The translations under genes and the position numbers were made by a program. DNA of 61,691 nt, counting the filler. It is 4 parts of 4 records of this genome, joined end to end, with 100 filler letters (N's around TTAATTAATTAA, not from the genome) between each part and the next. Parts side by side here need not be neighbours in the genome. Positions count along the whole stretch, not along the records: positions 55,591 to 61,691 come from DRR723986_1600; 3 more parts are not named here. The stretch is one strand, 5' to 3'. Of the stretch, positions 61,662-61,691 are shown one piece after another (the first letter of the stretch is position 1; every line of letters begins with the position of its first letter). Under the pieces are notes generated by a model. That model saw only the letters and a program-made list of their open reading frames with translations, had not been told where the DNA came from and ran no database searches.

Positions 61662-61691
61662 ATGCTTAGGAAAAAGACCAACGGGGTAGCG
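61662..61691 (+). CDS. Start of probable formate dehydrogenase alpha subunit (runs off the window)
   Basis: GGGAGG RBS then MLRKKTNGVA; identity inferred from gene context only. Confidence 0.6.
   Translation, partial: MLRKKTNGVA

Overview
This window is not one locus. It is four unrelated contig fragments joined by three 100-nt N-padded TTAATTAATTAA linkers (20984-21083, 46380-46479, 55491-55590). Segment 1 (1-20983) looks like FCB-group DNA (Ignavibacteria/Kapabacteria/Chlorobi-like, inferred). It carries tgt-yajC-ribBA, greA, an ECF sigma/anti-sigma/Spy-like module, a TonB-dependent receptor, an AT-rich island with two paralogous small secreted Trp/Cys proteins plus a thioredoxin-domain lipoprotein, a vanadium haloperoxidase-type lipoprotein, a methyltransferase, glmS and an orphan histidine kinase. 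Segment 2 (21084-46379) is Rhodobacteraceae-like. It carries psd and a LysR-controlled catabolic island (peptide ABC transporter, gamma-glutamylcyclotransferase, Oox/Hcn-type oxidase, RidA). It also has an uncharacterised isoprenoid-like cluster (desaturase-like flavoprotein, hypothetical protein, prenyltransferase, SAM-cyclase-ATPase-TPR protein, NAD-dependent epimerase, tandem acetoacetate-decarboxylase-fold protein) and lacI-smoE. Segment 3 (46480-55490) is alphaproteobacterial urtABCDE-fmdAB plus the 3' end of a VCBS adhesin gene. Segment 4 (55591-61691) is a Rhodobacteraceae-like formate dehydrogenase accessory region. The best candidates for undescribed systems are 32725-44706 and 10034-13099. 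No rRNA, tRNA, CRISPR array or transposase was seen. All family calls come from motif recognition, not database searches.
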